Positions 26,383 to 35,946 of a stretch of DNA of 64,000 nt are shown here, piece by piece (position 1 is the stretch's first letter; each line of letters opens with the position of its first letter). The notes below the pieces were generated by a model. It did not search any database. It saw only the letters and a program-made list of their open reading frames with translations, and had not been told where the DNA came from. This DNA is from Verrucomicrobiota bacterium. GTDB lineage: Bacteria > Verrucomicrobiota > Verrucomicrobiia > Limisphaerales > AAA164-E04. Made by a program: the position numbers and the translations under genes. Location: assembly GCA_023257935.1 (NCBI GenBank), contig JALRAZ010000454.1:3214-67213 (forward strand), written 5' to 3'.

Positions 26383-29262
26383 ATGCAATCCTTGAAACAT
26401 CCTGACTTGTTCTCTGAAAGGCACATAGGCCCTTCTGAGTCTGAAATCCATTACATGTTAGCCCAGTTGGGCTACGAGAGCCTTGAGGCCATGATTCAGG
26501 CCACTGTGCCGGAAAGCATACGCCTCAAGCACCCCATCCAGTTACCCAACCCACTTCACGAACACGAGGTCATCCATCACCTCAAGGAGGCAGCTCAGAA
26601 AAATCTGGTCTTTCGATCCTATCTTGGAATGGGGTATCACGGATGCATCACGCCCCCCGTCATCCAGCGCAAGCTACTGGAGAATCCGGGGTGGTACACC
26701 CAATACACTCCTTATCAAGCCGAGATCGCCCAAGGACGATTGGAGGCGCTTTTTTATTTCCAGACCATGATCTGTGATCTGACCGGGATGGAAATAGCCA
26801 ACGCTTCACTGCTTGATGAGGCGACGGCCGCGGCCGAAGCGATGAGTCTTTGTTACGGAACGGTTGGAGGCCCCCAACGCAACCGGATGCTGATTTCAGA
26901 CGATTGTCACCCCCAGACAATCTCGGTTATCCGAACACGAGCCAAACCTCTGGACATTGAAATCCGAGTCGAACCGCGGAAAGACCTCAAACCAGACAGT
27001 GGGACTTTTGCTGTGCTGCTTCAATACCCGGCCACCGATGGCTTGGTGGTTGACCCTCAGCCTGATATCGAAGCTGCCCAAGAGGCTGGCGCCCTGAGCA
27101 TCGTGGCGACGGACCTATTGGCCATGACCTTATTGAAACCGCCCGGTGAGATGGGGGCGGATATTGTGATTGGCTCAGCTCAGCGCTTCGGTGTGCCCAT
27201 GGGTTATGGCGGCCCTCATGCTGCCTTCTTTGCTTGCAGAGATGCTCTCAAGCGGAAGATGCCCGGACGCATCGTGGGTGTTTCACGCGATTCAAGAGGA
27301 AGACCTGCCTACAGGCTGACCCTCCAGACACGTGAGCAACATATCCGCCGTGAAAAAGCGACCAGTAACATCTGCACCGCTCAAGCGCTGCTGGCAAACA
27401 TGGCTGCAATGTACGCAATTTTTCATGGTCCTGAGCGCCTACGCCGCATAGGTCAGCACGTCCATCAAATGGCCTGCCTGCTTGCCGAAGGGGCTCATCG
27501 TGGGGGGCACCAGCTCGTCCATGATTCATTCTTTGACACCCTTCGCATTGCCCTCCACACGGAGAATGCCGATTCTTTCCTGCAGCGAGCAGAAAGCATG
27601 GGCATCAACATCAGGAGGCTCGATCGGCAGACCATAGGCATCGCACTGGACGAAACGGTCACTCAGCAGGACCTCGAGGATCTCTGGCAGCTCCTTGGAG
27701 CCGACCCAGCTTTACTGCTTGATCATGCCCAAGGCGATGAATATGGCCAAGCCTTTCCAGCCACCCTCACCAGACAAAGCCAATTCCTCACAGACAAGGT
27801 TTTCCACGCATACCACTCTGAAACCGAGATGTTGCGTTATCTCAGGCGTCTTGAGTCCAAGGACCTGTCCCTGACCAACTCCATGATCCCGCTGGGTTCT
27901 TGCACCATGAAGCTGAATGCCACCATCGAGATGTTGGCTATCAGCTGGCCTGAAATTGCCTCGCTGCACCCCTTTGTCCCACTTGCTCAGGCCCAGGGCT
28001 ACCAACAGATTTTCAGTGACCTCGAACAATGGTTGGCAGATATCACCGGCTTTCACAGCGTCAGCTTGCAGCCCAATGCTGGAGCCCAGGGAGAGTACGC
28101 GGGATTGCTTGTCATAAAGAAATATCTAGAGAGTAAAGGACAGCAACACCGTCACATATGCCTGATCCCCCAATCGGCTCATGGAACCAATCCTGCCAGC
28201 GCCATCATGGCTGGCATGCAGGTCGTCGGCATACGCTGCGACGATCAGGGAAATATCGATCTTGAGGATCTCAAAGCCCGAGTGACTGAACATGCCCATG
28301 AGCTGGCAGCCCTCATGATCACCTACCCTTCCACCCACGGGGTTTTTGAGGAAAAGGTGGAAGAGATTTGCCAACTGATTCATGACCATGGAGGCCAAGT
28401 TTATCTGGATGGCGCCAACATGAATGCCCAGGTAGGTGTCTGCAGGCCGGGTGATTACGGAGCCGATGTCTGCCATCTCAATCTTCACAAGACCTTTTGC
28501 ATCCCTCATGGGGGAGGTGGACCTGGTGTCGGCCCCATTGCTGTGGCAGAGCATCTGACTCCATTCTTACCTGGGCATTCGGTCGTTCCCCTGGCTGGGG
28601 AAGATCGTGTCGGCCCAATCGCTGCGGCTCCTTGGGGGAGTGCGAGCATTGTCACCATTTCCTGGGTGTATATTCGAGCAATGGGACTGGCCGGGCTGAC
28701 TCAGGCCACTCAGGTTGCCATCCTCAGCGCCAACTATATCGCCAGACGATTGGACCCCTTCTACCGCGTTCTTTACCGCGGGAAGCACGGTATGGTGGCC
28801 CACGAATGCATCATTGACCTGCGATCCTTCAAGCGCGTGAGTGTGGAGGATGTGGCCAAGCGACTGATGGATTATGGATTCCACGCCCCGACCGTATCCT
28901 GGCCTGTTGCCGGCACCATGATGATTGAGCCCACGGAAAGCGAATCTCAGCTGGAACTGGATCGTTTTTGTGATGCGATGATCCAAATTCATGGGGAAAT
29001 AATGACCATCGAGGCTGGTGATACCGATCCTAACGACAACTTGCTCAAGAACGCCCCCCATACTGCCGACATGATAGCTGCTGAAAAGTGGTCCCACCCC
29101 TACTCACGAGAACAAGCTGGCTTCCCAGTCGAAGCCCAGCGCGACCACAAGTTTTGGCCGAGAGTGGGACGCATTGACAATGTGTATGGGGATCGGAATC
29201 CGGTGTGCAGTTGTGCCGGCATGGATGCCTTCATGGAACAACTAGCTCAACAGGGACAATAG
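26383..29262 (+). CDS. gcvP: Glycine dehydrogenase (decarboxylating), single-chain P-protein
   Basis: About 959 aa from the ATG at 26383 ([19 protein letters not shown]). PLP-lysine region: [23 protein letters not shown]. Confidence 0.95.
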   Translation: MQSLKHPDLFSERHIGPSESEIHYMLAQLGYESLEAMIQATVPESIRLKHPIQLPNPLHEHEVIHHLKEAAQKNLVFRSYLGMGYHGCITPPVIQRKLLENPGWYTQYTPYQAEIAQGRLEALFYFQTMICDLTGMEIANASLLDEATAAAEAMSLCYGTVGGPQRNRMLISDDCHPQTISVIRTRAKPLDIEIRVEPRKDLKPDSGTFAVLLQYPATDGLVVDPQPDIEAAQEAGALSIVATDLLAMTLLKPPGEMGADIVIGSAQRFGVPMGYGGPHAAFFACRDALKRKMPGRIVGVSRDSRGRPAYRLTLQTREQHIRREKATSNICTAQALLANMAAMYAIFHGPERLRRIGQHVHQMACLLAEGAHRGGHQLVHDSFFDTLRIALHTENADSFLQRAESMGINIRRLDRQTIGIALDETVTQQDLEDLWQLLGADPALLLDHAQGDEYGQAFPATLTRQSQFLTDKVFHAYHSETEMLRYLRRLESKDLSLTNSMIPLGSCTMKLNATIEMLAISWPEIASLHPFVPLAQAQGYQQIFSDLEQWLADITGFHSVSLQPNAGAQGEYAGLLVIKKYLESKGQQHRHICLIPQSAHGTNPASAIMAGMQVVGIRCDDQGNIDLEDLKARVTEHAHELAALMITYPSTHGVFEEKVEEICQLIHDHGGQVYLDGANMNAQVGVCRPGDYGADVCHLNLHKTFCIPHGGGGPGVGPIAVAEHLTPFLPGHSVVPLAGEDRVGPIAAAPWGSASIVTISWVYIRAMGLAGLTQATQVAILSANYIARRLDPFYRVLYRGKHGMVAHECIIDLRSFKRVSVEDVAKRLMDYGFHAPTVSWPVAGTMMIEPTESESQLELDRFCDAMIQIHGEIMTIEAGDTDPNDNLLKNAPHTADMIAAEKWSHPYSREQAGFPVEAQRDHKFWPRVGRIDNVYGDRNPVCSCAGMDAFMEQLAQQGQ

Positions 29263-29264
29263 CC

Positions 29265-29768
29265 ATGAAACTGTGTATCCTTTCGGATATTCACGACGAG
29301 CTAGCCCAACTAAACAAGGCCTTGGATGTGGCCGAGTCGTGTGATGCGATGCTGTGTTGCGGTGACCTCTGTTCACCTTTTGTCGTGCACCATCTAGGCA
29401 AGGGATTCAAGAAACCCATGCATGTCGTTTTCGGCAATAACGATGGTGATCTGTTTCGTATGACTCAGAATGCTTCCCTTTATGATCAGATCAAGCTCCA
29501 CGGTGAAATGGCCGATCTTAGCATAGATGGGTGGCGTATTGGCATGAACCATTTTGACACCATCGCTCCAGCTTTGGCCTCGAGTGGGATCTATGATCTT
29601 GTCTGCTATGGCCATAACCACCGCCATGAAATCAAGCAAGTCAACCAATGCCTGTTGATCAATCCCGGTGAGGTCTACGGTCGACTTAGTGGAGCCTCCA
29701 CCCTAGTGGTTCTGGACACCAAGACACGCAGCCCTCAACGCGTCGACCTTTCCACACCTCGATCATGA
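29265..29768 (+). CDS. YfcE / MJ0936-type metallophosphoesterase
   Basis: The ATG at 29265 lies 2 nt after the gcvP stop. Calcineurin-like motifs: MKLCILSDIHD, CCGD, GNND, GHNH. Confidence 0.8.
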   Translation: MKLCILSDIHDELAQLNKALDVAESCDAMLCCGDLCSPFVVHHLGKGFKKPMHVVFGNNDGDLFRMTQNASLYDQIKLHGEMADLSIDGWRIGMNHFDTIAPALASSGIYDLVCYGHNHRHEIKQVNQCLLINPGEVYGRLSGASTLVVLDTKTRSPQRVDLSTPRS

Positions 29769-30091
29769 TTCGTAAGGCCTTCCTGATGAAACTCCTGCCT
29801 GGGCAAGCCGATGCCTACCAGAGACGCCATAATCCCATTTGGCCGGAGCTGCAAAAAGTCCTGCATGATCATGGAGTCCATCGCTACAGCATTTTCCTAC
29901 ATGCCGATGAGCAAACTCTCTTTGCCTACGCGGAGATTGAATCTGAAGGCAAGTGGCAGGCCATCGCATCCGACCCAATATGCCAAAAATGGTGGCTCTC
30001 GATGAGCCCCTTGATGGAGACCCATGCTGATCACAGCCCCATCACCGAAACCATGATGGAGGTATTTTGTCTACAAGGATCAACCACCTGA
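29765..30091 (+). CDS. rhaM: L-rhamnose mutarotase
   Basis: 108 aa, with ATGA overlap to the upstream gene. YQRRHNPIWPELQKVLHDHGVHRYSIF matches the RhaM family. Confidence 0.85.
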   Translation: MIRKAFLMKLLPGQADAYQRRHNPIWPELQKVLHDHGVHRYSIFLHADEQTLFAYAEIESEGKWQAIASDPICQKWWLSMSPLMETHADHSPITETMMEVFCLQGSTT

Positions 30092-30165
30092 TCTCGACAC
30101 CATGGCGGGGCAAGCTTTGCTTAGAGATTGCCCCGTGAATCGAAAACCTATAGGTTTGGGACTCA

Positions 30166-30759
30166 ATGACCTCGAGTCAACCACAGCCATCGGATTCTGG
30201 AGCTCAGGATGGTGGTTTTGAGCCTGTCAGCCGAAGAGGTTTTCTCCACGTCCTGGCACTCTTGACCACGCTGGGAGGGTTTTTGGGGTCGTTGCTTGTA
30301 GCTTGCCTCAGAGCACTTTTGCCCTCAACTGGTTCACCCAGTTCGAGCGGGTCGACTTCCTACTTGAAGGTAACCCAGTTGGACAAGCTGCCCGCAGATG
30401 GCATCCCACGTTCTTTTCAAATCATCGCGGACCATTGGGATGCGTGGAACCGACATGCCAATCAACCCATCGGCATGATCTGGCTGTGTCACCGACCCGA
30501 TGGTGAAATCTTGGCATGGAGTCGCACCTGTCCCCACGCAGGATGTCTCATACAGCTGGCAAGGAGCCAAGACCACTTTCAGTGCCCCTGTCACAACAGT
30601 CGTTTTGAAATCGATGGCAGTCGGAGTCATGAAAACAGCCCTAGCCCAAGGGATATGGATCGGCTGGAGGTAGAAATTCGTTATCAGGATCAAATCTGGG
30701 TAAATTTCATCCGATTCAAGAGTGGTATATCCGAGCAAGAATCCATGCTAAGGTCATGA
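30166..30759 (+). CDS. Rieske 2Fe-2S subunit of a cytochrome bc-type complex
   Basis: Twin-arginine signal SRRGFLHV. Cluster ligands: CPHAGC ... CPCHNSRF. Its stop overlaps the next gene (ATGA 30756-30759). Confidence 0.9.
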   Translation: MTSSQPQPSDSGAQDGGFEPVSRRGFLHVLALLTTLGGFLGSLLVACLRALLPSTGSPSSSGSTSYLKVTQLDKLPADGIPRSFQIIADHWDAWNRHANQPIGMIWLCHRPDGEILAWSRTCPHAGCLIQLARSQDHFQCPCHNSRFEIDGSRSHENSPSPRDMDRLEVEIRYQDQIWVNFIRFKSGISEQESMLRS

Positions 30760-32531
30760 GTTCACCTCAGTCATCCTGCAGGTTTAGTCGTTTCCTTGAG
30801 GCGCTTGAAACCTGGATTAGGAAGCGACTACCCATGGAGATGGGCTGGCCTCACACCCTGTGGTTCCTGCTGACCTTCCTATTCCTCGTTCAGGCCTCAA
30901 CCGGAATAATCTTATGGATGTTTTACAGCCCAAGTACTCAAACCGCTTGGGAGAGCGTGTTTTATTTGCAGCACAAGGTTCCAGGAGGATGGTTGATAAG
31001 AGGAATCCATTATTGGAGTGCCGAATGCATGGTCGTCGTAGCCGCCCTCTTGGTCATGCTCGGGGTTTGTTTCAAGGTCTGCAGTGAAAGGGTAATCCGA
31101 GATCACTACCTCGCACTTTGCCTGGCCATGATCACGCTGGCCCTTGCCATGACTGGCTACTTGCTGCCATGGGACCAGCATGGCTATTGGTCAGCCAAAA
31201 TACGAACCCACCTGATGGGATTGACTCCCATCATTGGCTCATCACTCGAGCGATTGATGCTGGGTGGGGAATCGATGGGACACCTTACCTTGACCCGTTT
31301 CCTAGCCTTTCATGCGGGGCTCCTTCCAGTTCTTTTTTGGATCGTTCTGCGATTAAGATCTAAATCCATAGCAAGCACCTCACACTCCACCCTCTGCGGC
31401 TCTCATCGCCCTTACTGGCCCCGCCAGGCTTGGTCTGATACCCTTTGTGCAGGCCTGCTGGGATGGGGGATTCTGATCCTAGCCTGGCAGCCCTGGTCCG
31501 ATACGTTGGACGTAAGTCTGCGTGGCGCTCCACTGAGTGCACCCGTTGACCCCTCAGCCCCCTACCCCTCAGCCAGACCTGAATGGTATTTTCTATTTCT
31601 TTTTCAATTCCTGAAATACTTCCCGGGGAACCTCGAAATTGTGGGAGCTATCTTGATCCCATCATTGATCCTTTCGTGGCTGGTCGTCCTTCCTTGGCTC
31701 GGCAGAGGGAGTGTCTTGTGGCGCACGCGACGGCCGATACTTGCAGCACTGGCTGGTGGTATGATTTGGCTGAGCTTTGAGGCCATACAAGAGGATCGCA
31801 GAAACGAGACTTATCAACAGGCCCGATCTCAGGCTAAAACCGTAAGCCTTCGAGCTCGAGAGCTTGCCATGTCCATGGAGGGCATCCCCACTGGGGGTGC
31901 GTTAACCCTGCTTCACGAGGATGCCAAGACTCAGGGCCCGCGGCTTTTTGCAGCCCATTGTGCCAGCTGTCACCGTTTTCAGGGCCACGATGGCCTAGGC
32001 AACCCTTTGCAAGATCCACCCAGTGCCTCAGACTTAAGTGGCTTTGGCTCGCGCGCCTGGATAACTGGCCTACTCAACCCACAGCAGATTCAAAGTCCAC
32101 AGTATTTCGGGGGAACCGCATTCATCGAGGGCGAAATGACTCGCTTTACCCAGCGTAAGATCGGTCATTTTGACCAAAATCAGGAAGCTGCACTGCGGGA
32201 CGTCATCAACATCCTGTCCGCTGAGGCTGAGCTGCCATCCCAGCAGAATCTGGAGGGCGATCAGGCTCAATGGAGATCTTTGGATCGCGATGAACTTTTC
32301 TATGAGATCGGTTGCACCGAGTGTCACCCTTTCCACTTTGAGGATGACGAGCTCCAGGCCCCAGATTTAACCGGATACGGCTCCCGAGAGTGGCTGATTA
32401 GTTTTATCAGCGAGCCCGAAAGCAGCCGTTTCTATGGTGAGCAAAACGACCGGATGCCATCTTACCGCACCGAAGATATCCTCACCGAAAAGGAAATAGG
32501 GCTGATCGTTGACTGGCTCAGAATGCAGTGA
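30756..32531 (+). CDS. Cytochrome b (b6 plus subunit-IV-like) fused to a C-terminal dihaem cytochrome c domain
   Basis: The N-terminal TM helices carry conserved His residues (GIHYWSAE, FLAFHAG). Qo-site motif: RPEWYFLFLFQ. The C-terminal soluble part has CASCH and CTECH. Confidence 0.9.
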   Translation: MSSPQSSCRFSRFLEALETWIRKRLPMEMGWPHTLWFLLTFLFLVQASTGIILWMFYSPSTQTAWESVFYLQHKVPGGWLIRGIHYWSAECMVVVAALLVMLGVCFKVCSERVIRDHYLALCLAMITLALAMTGYLLPWDQHGYWSAKIRTHLMGLTPIIGSSLERLMLGGESMGHLTLTRFLAFHAGLLPVLFWIVLRLRSKSIASTSHSTLCGSHRPYWPRQAWSDTLCAGLLGWGILILAWQPWSDTLDVSLRGAPLSAPVDPSAPYPSARPEWYFLFLFQFLKYFPGNLEIVGAILIPSLILSWLVVLPWLGRGSVLWRTRRPILAALAGGMIWLSFEAIQEDRRNETYQQARSQAKTVSLRARELAMSMEGIPTGGALTLLHEDAKTQGPRLFAAHCASCHRFQGHDGLGNPLQDPPSASDLSGFGSRAWITGLLNPQQIQSPQYFGGTAFIEGEMTRFTQRKIGHFDQNQEAALRDVINILSAEAELPSQQNLEGDQAQWRSLDRDELFYEIGCTECHPFHFEDDELQAPDLTGYGSREWLISFISEPESSRFYGEQNDRMPSYRTEDILTEKEIGLIVDWLRMQ

Positions 32532-32623
32532 TAAAGATAAGGTAGGGATCAGGCAGGATTACACTTCGGGACATCAAAACTAGAGTCTCTTGATAGTAGC
32601 CAGTTCTTTCTGGCTTGGCTGAC

Positions 32624-32639
32624 TGGTGAAATCCTTGCT
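32624..32639 (+). promoter_or_regulatory. Sigma-54-type -24/-12 promoter candidate upstream of hpf
   Basis: TGGtgaaatccTTGCT has the GG and GC dinucleotides at exactly the consensus spacing (TGGCACG-N4-TTGCW). The -12 element is about 28 nt upstream of the ATG at 32667. Confidence 0.3.
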
Positions 32640-32666
32640 GGCCTATTTAGAAAAGCGGAACAAACT

Positions 32667-33011
32667 ATGAAATTTGTCCTTACCTCGCACAACATCAAAC
32701 TCACCAAGTCAATCGAAAACCATATCCTTTCCCGGATCGAGAAGCTCGAGCATTTTGATCGGTGGGCAATTGACGCAAGGGTCAACCTCGAACATGACAA
32801 CACTCGATCACCCGAAAAACAGTTCAAATGCTCCATCCGGCTAGGAGTCAAGGGCAACGACCTCTATGCCACAGATTACGAAAACGATCTCTACGCTGCC
32901 ATCGATCTGGTCACCAAGAAAATGGAACAGCAGATACGCAAGCGTCATAGCAAGCAGAAGGCACGTATACACAATGAACCAGCCAGGGCTAAAGCTCGGA
33001 AACAAAACTAA
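32667..33011 (+). CDS. hpf: Ribosome hibernation promoting factor (short HPF/RaiA type)
   Basis: 114 aa. IKLTKSIENHILSRIEKLEHF ... DLYAAIDLVTKKMEQQIRKRH is the sigma-54 modulation protein / S30EA fold signature. Confidence 0.9.
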   Translation: MKFVLTSHNIKLTKSIENHILSRIEKLEHFDRWAIDARVNLEHDNTRSPEKQFKCSIRLGVKGNDLYATDYENDLYAAIDLVTKKMEQQIRKRHSKQKARIHNEPARAKARKQN

Positions 33012-33128
33012 TAGGAATCACTGTAGCTTATCGAGCCTGACCCATGCCCAGCAAGCCAGTGCAGCTTTTCCAAGACGAGCTTGAAAACACCCAAGGAAGA
33101 TCCCGCCCGCCTAGTTCGGTGTCGCTTG

Positions 33129-34364
33129 ATGCTCCCGATCACCAGGCCATGCATCGAGGACGCTGCTTTGGTTTTTCAAGGTCAACACATTCTTGAGGTA
33201 GCCCCTTGGAAAGATCTTAAAGCACACTGGCAAGGGCCGATCGAAGATCTAGGAGAGAGGGTGCTCCTGCCTGGCCTGATCAACCCACACACTCATCTTG
33301 AATACACCCTCATGGGTGATGAATTCTGTGGGGACGTAGGGGCTTATGCCTTCACAGATTGGATCGATCGGATAGTGCGACTTAAAAGTCGATGGTCGAT
33401 CAATCAGTTTGCTCAGTCATGGATCAGTGGCTATCAGGATCAGTGGCAAAGTGGTACCACCACGCTGGCTGACACCCTTTCTCAGTTTCCCCTGCTGGAG
33501 GCTATCACAAAACCCGATGGGCCTCGCCTCAAGTGCTTGTTGGAATGGATTCATACCGAACCAGGAGCCGTCCCCCCGGAGCGTGTCGACCGATTCAAGC
33601 AGGCCTTGCTTTCGGCCGATCACTGGGGCGAAAGTCCGGCTGGCCTTTCCCCTCATGCACCTTACACCACCACACCAGACCTTTGGCGGACCATTGATGA
33701 CCATACAGAATTGAGGCATCGTTGCCGCTCAGTCCATTTGGCGGAATCGCGAGCTGAGTTAGAGCTTTTTACCCAGGATCAAGGCCCGCTTAAAAGTTGG
33801 CTGAAGAGTAAGGGTATCAATCAATCTTGGGGTCAAGGCCATCCGGTGGATCTATTTGACCAACACGACGCGCTGCAGCCCGGATTACTTGCCATCCATG
33901 GAAACCTTCTGGATGACTTGACCGTCAAGCGACTCTCCCGCAAGCAGGTAGGCTTGGTGCACTGTCCGCGCAGCCATGCCTTTTTTAATCACCCGCCCTT
34001 TCCCATAAACGCCTGCCTCAAAGCAGGCATTGTGGTGGCATTGGGAACAGACAGTCTCGCAAGCATGCCATCGCCAGTTGGCGATCGCCCGTTTCACTTG
34101 TTCCACGAAATTCAATGGCTTATGCGGAGGTGCCTGGACATTTCCCCAACACTGGCCCTCAGGATGATTACCCTGAATGCGGCTAAGGTATTAGGGATGG
34201 ACAAAGAGGTAGGTAGCCTGGACGCAGGTAAGTTAGCAGACTGGGTTACCACCCCTTGCCAGGAGAGCCCCCAGTCGGTTGAAGCTTGGCTAGTGGGATC
34301 GATCCCTACCTGGGATAGGGTCACACAGGCCGGCAGAGAGCGGTTTTCTGGATGGAGTGAATAG
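33129..34364 (+). CDS. Amidohydrolase-superfamily deaminase/chlorohydrolase-like enzyme
   Basis: Metal-binding motif LLPGLINPHTHLEY, then later HLAES and GTDS motifs. ATG is at 33129; the track start at 33081 is TTG. Substrate not assignable; aminofutalosine, guanine and cytosine deaminase-type are all possible. Confidence 0.75.
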   Translation: MLPITRPCIEDAALVFQGQHILEVAPWKDLKAHWQGPIEDLGERVLLPGLINPHTHLEYTLMGDEFCGDVGAYAFTDWIDRIVRLKSRWSINQFAQSWISGYQDQWQSGTTTLADTLSQFPLLEAITKPDGPRLKCLLEWIHTEPGAVPPERVDRFKQALLSADHWGESPAGLSPHAPYTTTPDLWRTIDDHTELRHRCRSVHLAESRAELELFTQDQGPLKSWLKSKGINQSWGQGHPVDLFDQHDALQPGLLAIHGNLLDDLTVKRLSRKQVGLVHCPRSHAFFNHPPFPINACLKAGIVVALGTDSLASMPSPVGDRPFHLFHEIQWLMRRCLDISPTLALRMITLNAAKVLGMDKEVGSLDAGKLADWVTTPCQESPQSVEAWLVGSIPTWDRVTQAGRERFSGWSE

Positions 34365-34494
34365 TCCCTCAAGGCGGAACGTCTAAAAAAATAACCGAAG
34401 ACAGTGGTTGGGCATTGACCGGCCAGGTTGTTAGGCTAAGCTTTTTCCAAGCCTTCAAAACATTTAGCAGAACAGTTTTTACTAATTATTGTTT

Positions 34495-35880
34495 ATGAGC
34501 AAAGAACAGATTCCATCTCAGGTCGGCGGCGATGATTCGCGCCGAGGATTCATCAAGAAAGCGTCCACGGCAGCCGCGGTGGTAGCCTCCTCAAATATCG
34601 TCAAAACCCCAGTGTACGGTCAAAACCAAGCACCCTCAACCGGGCGAGTCATTGGGGCCAACGAACGTGTCAATGTGGGTTACATCGGTGTGGGTGGGCA
34701 AGGGCAGGCTCACGTCCGGAGCATGAAGGGGCACAAAGGAGAAAGTAACCTGGCACAGGTAGCCGTTTGCGATGTTTCCAAGTCTCGCATGGATCAGGCG
34801 GAAGGGATTATTGGGGAGAAGGTCGCTCGCTACACAGATCACCGCAAATTATTGGAAGACAAAGATATTGATGCGGTTTGCATCGCCACCGTAGATCACT
34901 GGCACACACCATGTTCGGTGGATGCTATGAACTCCGGAAAGGATGTTTACGTCGAAAAGCCCATGACCCGCTATCTGCACGAGGCTTGGGAAATTCAGGA
35001 CACCTGCAAACGAACAGGCAGACTAGTTCAGGTCGGATCCCAAGGCTGTTCGGCCCGCAAATACCACAAGGCAGCTGAAATCATCCAATCAGGAATGATC
35101 GGCCCGTTGGTGATGGGGACCACCTCCTACATGCGCAACAACCCCAAGGGTGAATGGAATTACACCATTCAGGATTGGGCCACTCCGGATGACATGGACT
35201 GGAAACGCTGGATGGGATCAGTCGACAAGAAGATACCCTTTAATGCGGATCATTATTTCCGCTGGCGTAAATATTACCCCTATTGCGCTGGTTTGCTCGG
35301 TGACTTGCTGCCTCACCTCCTTCATCCATACATGTTGGCAACCGGCAGCCCAGAATACCCAGCACGTGTGGTGAGCCTGGGGAACAAGGCGCTTCGCACC
35401 GACAAAAACACCCCTGGAACCTATGAGCGCGATGTCGATGAAAACGTTCAGGTCATCATCGAATTCCCAAGTGGATTCAACCTGGTCCTAGCGAGCAGCA
35501 CAGTCAATGAGTACAACATGACTGAAACCATTCGCGGTCATCATGGAACCCTACTCATGGGTGGTCTTGGCAGCGTCAAAATTGAACTGCGCCCGGAACG
35601 ACGATTCGCAGACGAAGTCGATCCTGAAGTGTTTGACGAACTCCTTCCAGGTGAGGCCATCTCCCATCACGAGAAAAACTGGATTGAATGTATCCGCACC
35701 CGGAAACAGCCAAACTGTGGCATCGATCTGGCTGTGAAGGTTCAAACCGTCATTTCATTGGCTGAAATGTCTGACCGACTCAACATCATGTGCGTCTACG
35801 ACGAGAAGAATCGTAAGATTACCACCGGTGATGGCAAGGAAGTCAAGCCTATCACCTACGGTAGCCTCGATCTCTCATAG
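34495..35880 (+). CDS. Periplasmic (TAT-exported) Gfo/Idh/MocA-family oxidoreductase
   Basis: ATG at 34495. Twin-arginine signal SRRGFIKKASTAAAVV. Rossmann motif VGYIGVGGQGQAH, plus ATVDHWH typical of the family. Confidence 0.88.
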   Translation: MSKEQIPSQVGGDDSRRGFIKKASTAAAVVASSNIVKTPVYGQNQAPSTGRVIGANERVNVGYIGVGGQGQAHVRSMKGHKGESNLAQVAVCDVSKSRMDQAEGIIGEKVARYTDHRKLLEDKDIDAVCIATVDHWHTPCSVDAMNSGKDVYVEKPMTRYLHEAWEIQDTCKRTGRLVQVGSQGCSARKYHKAAEIIQSGMIGPLVMGTTSYMRNNPKGEWNYTIQDWATPDDMDWKRWMGSVDKKIPFNADHYFRWRKYYPYCAGLLGDLLPHLLHPYMLATGSPEYPARVVSLGNKALRTDKNTPGTYERDVDENVQVIIEFPSGFNLVLASSTVNEYNMTETIRGHHGTLLMGGLGSVKIELRPERRFADEVDPEVFDELLPGEAISHHEKNWIECIRTRKQPNCGIDLAVKVQTVISLAEMSDRLNIMCVYDEKNRKITTGDGKEVKPITYGSLDLS

Positions 35881-35901
35881 GCACCCAATTTGGCAAGACA
35901 A

Positions 35902-35934
35902 GGGTTCCATCCCATGGGATGGAACCCTTTTTTA
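35902..35934 (+). terminator. Rho-independent terminator after the Gfo/Idh/MocA gene
   Basis: A perfect 11-bp stem gggttccatcc / catg / ggatggaaccc (35902-35927) is followed by ttttttat. Confidence 0.85.
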
Positions 35935-35946
35935 TGCCTGGTTACC

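Noticed and set aside
28567-29097. 176-aa antisense ORF inside gcvP. Similar long shadow ORFs occur at 50489-51043 (antisense in purB), 55724-56356 and 57113-57679 (alternative frames of sdhA), 18817-19308 (inside the TRAP permease) and 9925-10416 (antisense to the temptin-like gene).
   Set aside because: All lie fully inside genes whose products carry unmistakable family motifs. Their translations are low-complexity and rich in Arg/Ser/Pro/Gly. They have no motifs, and several use non-ATG starts. This is typical of frame-shadow ORFs.
30106-30135. Hairpin cggggcaa ... ttgccccg after rhaM, considered as a terminator.
   Set aside because: It has a 14-nt loop and no following T-tract, so I did not list it as a feature. 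Termination of the gcvP operon here remains possible but unsupported.
35890-35946. ORF-track N-terminal extensions using TTG/GTG starts. Examples: apbE 35890, ilvD 24162, purB 51079, gcvP 26326, yfcE-like 29205, esterase 8467, sdhC 58325, amidohydrolase 33081.
   Set aside because: The extensions run through a terminator hairpin or an upstream gene, or add residues before an obvious signal peptide or conserved N-terminus. In-frame ATGs downstream give canonical protein starts.
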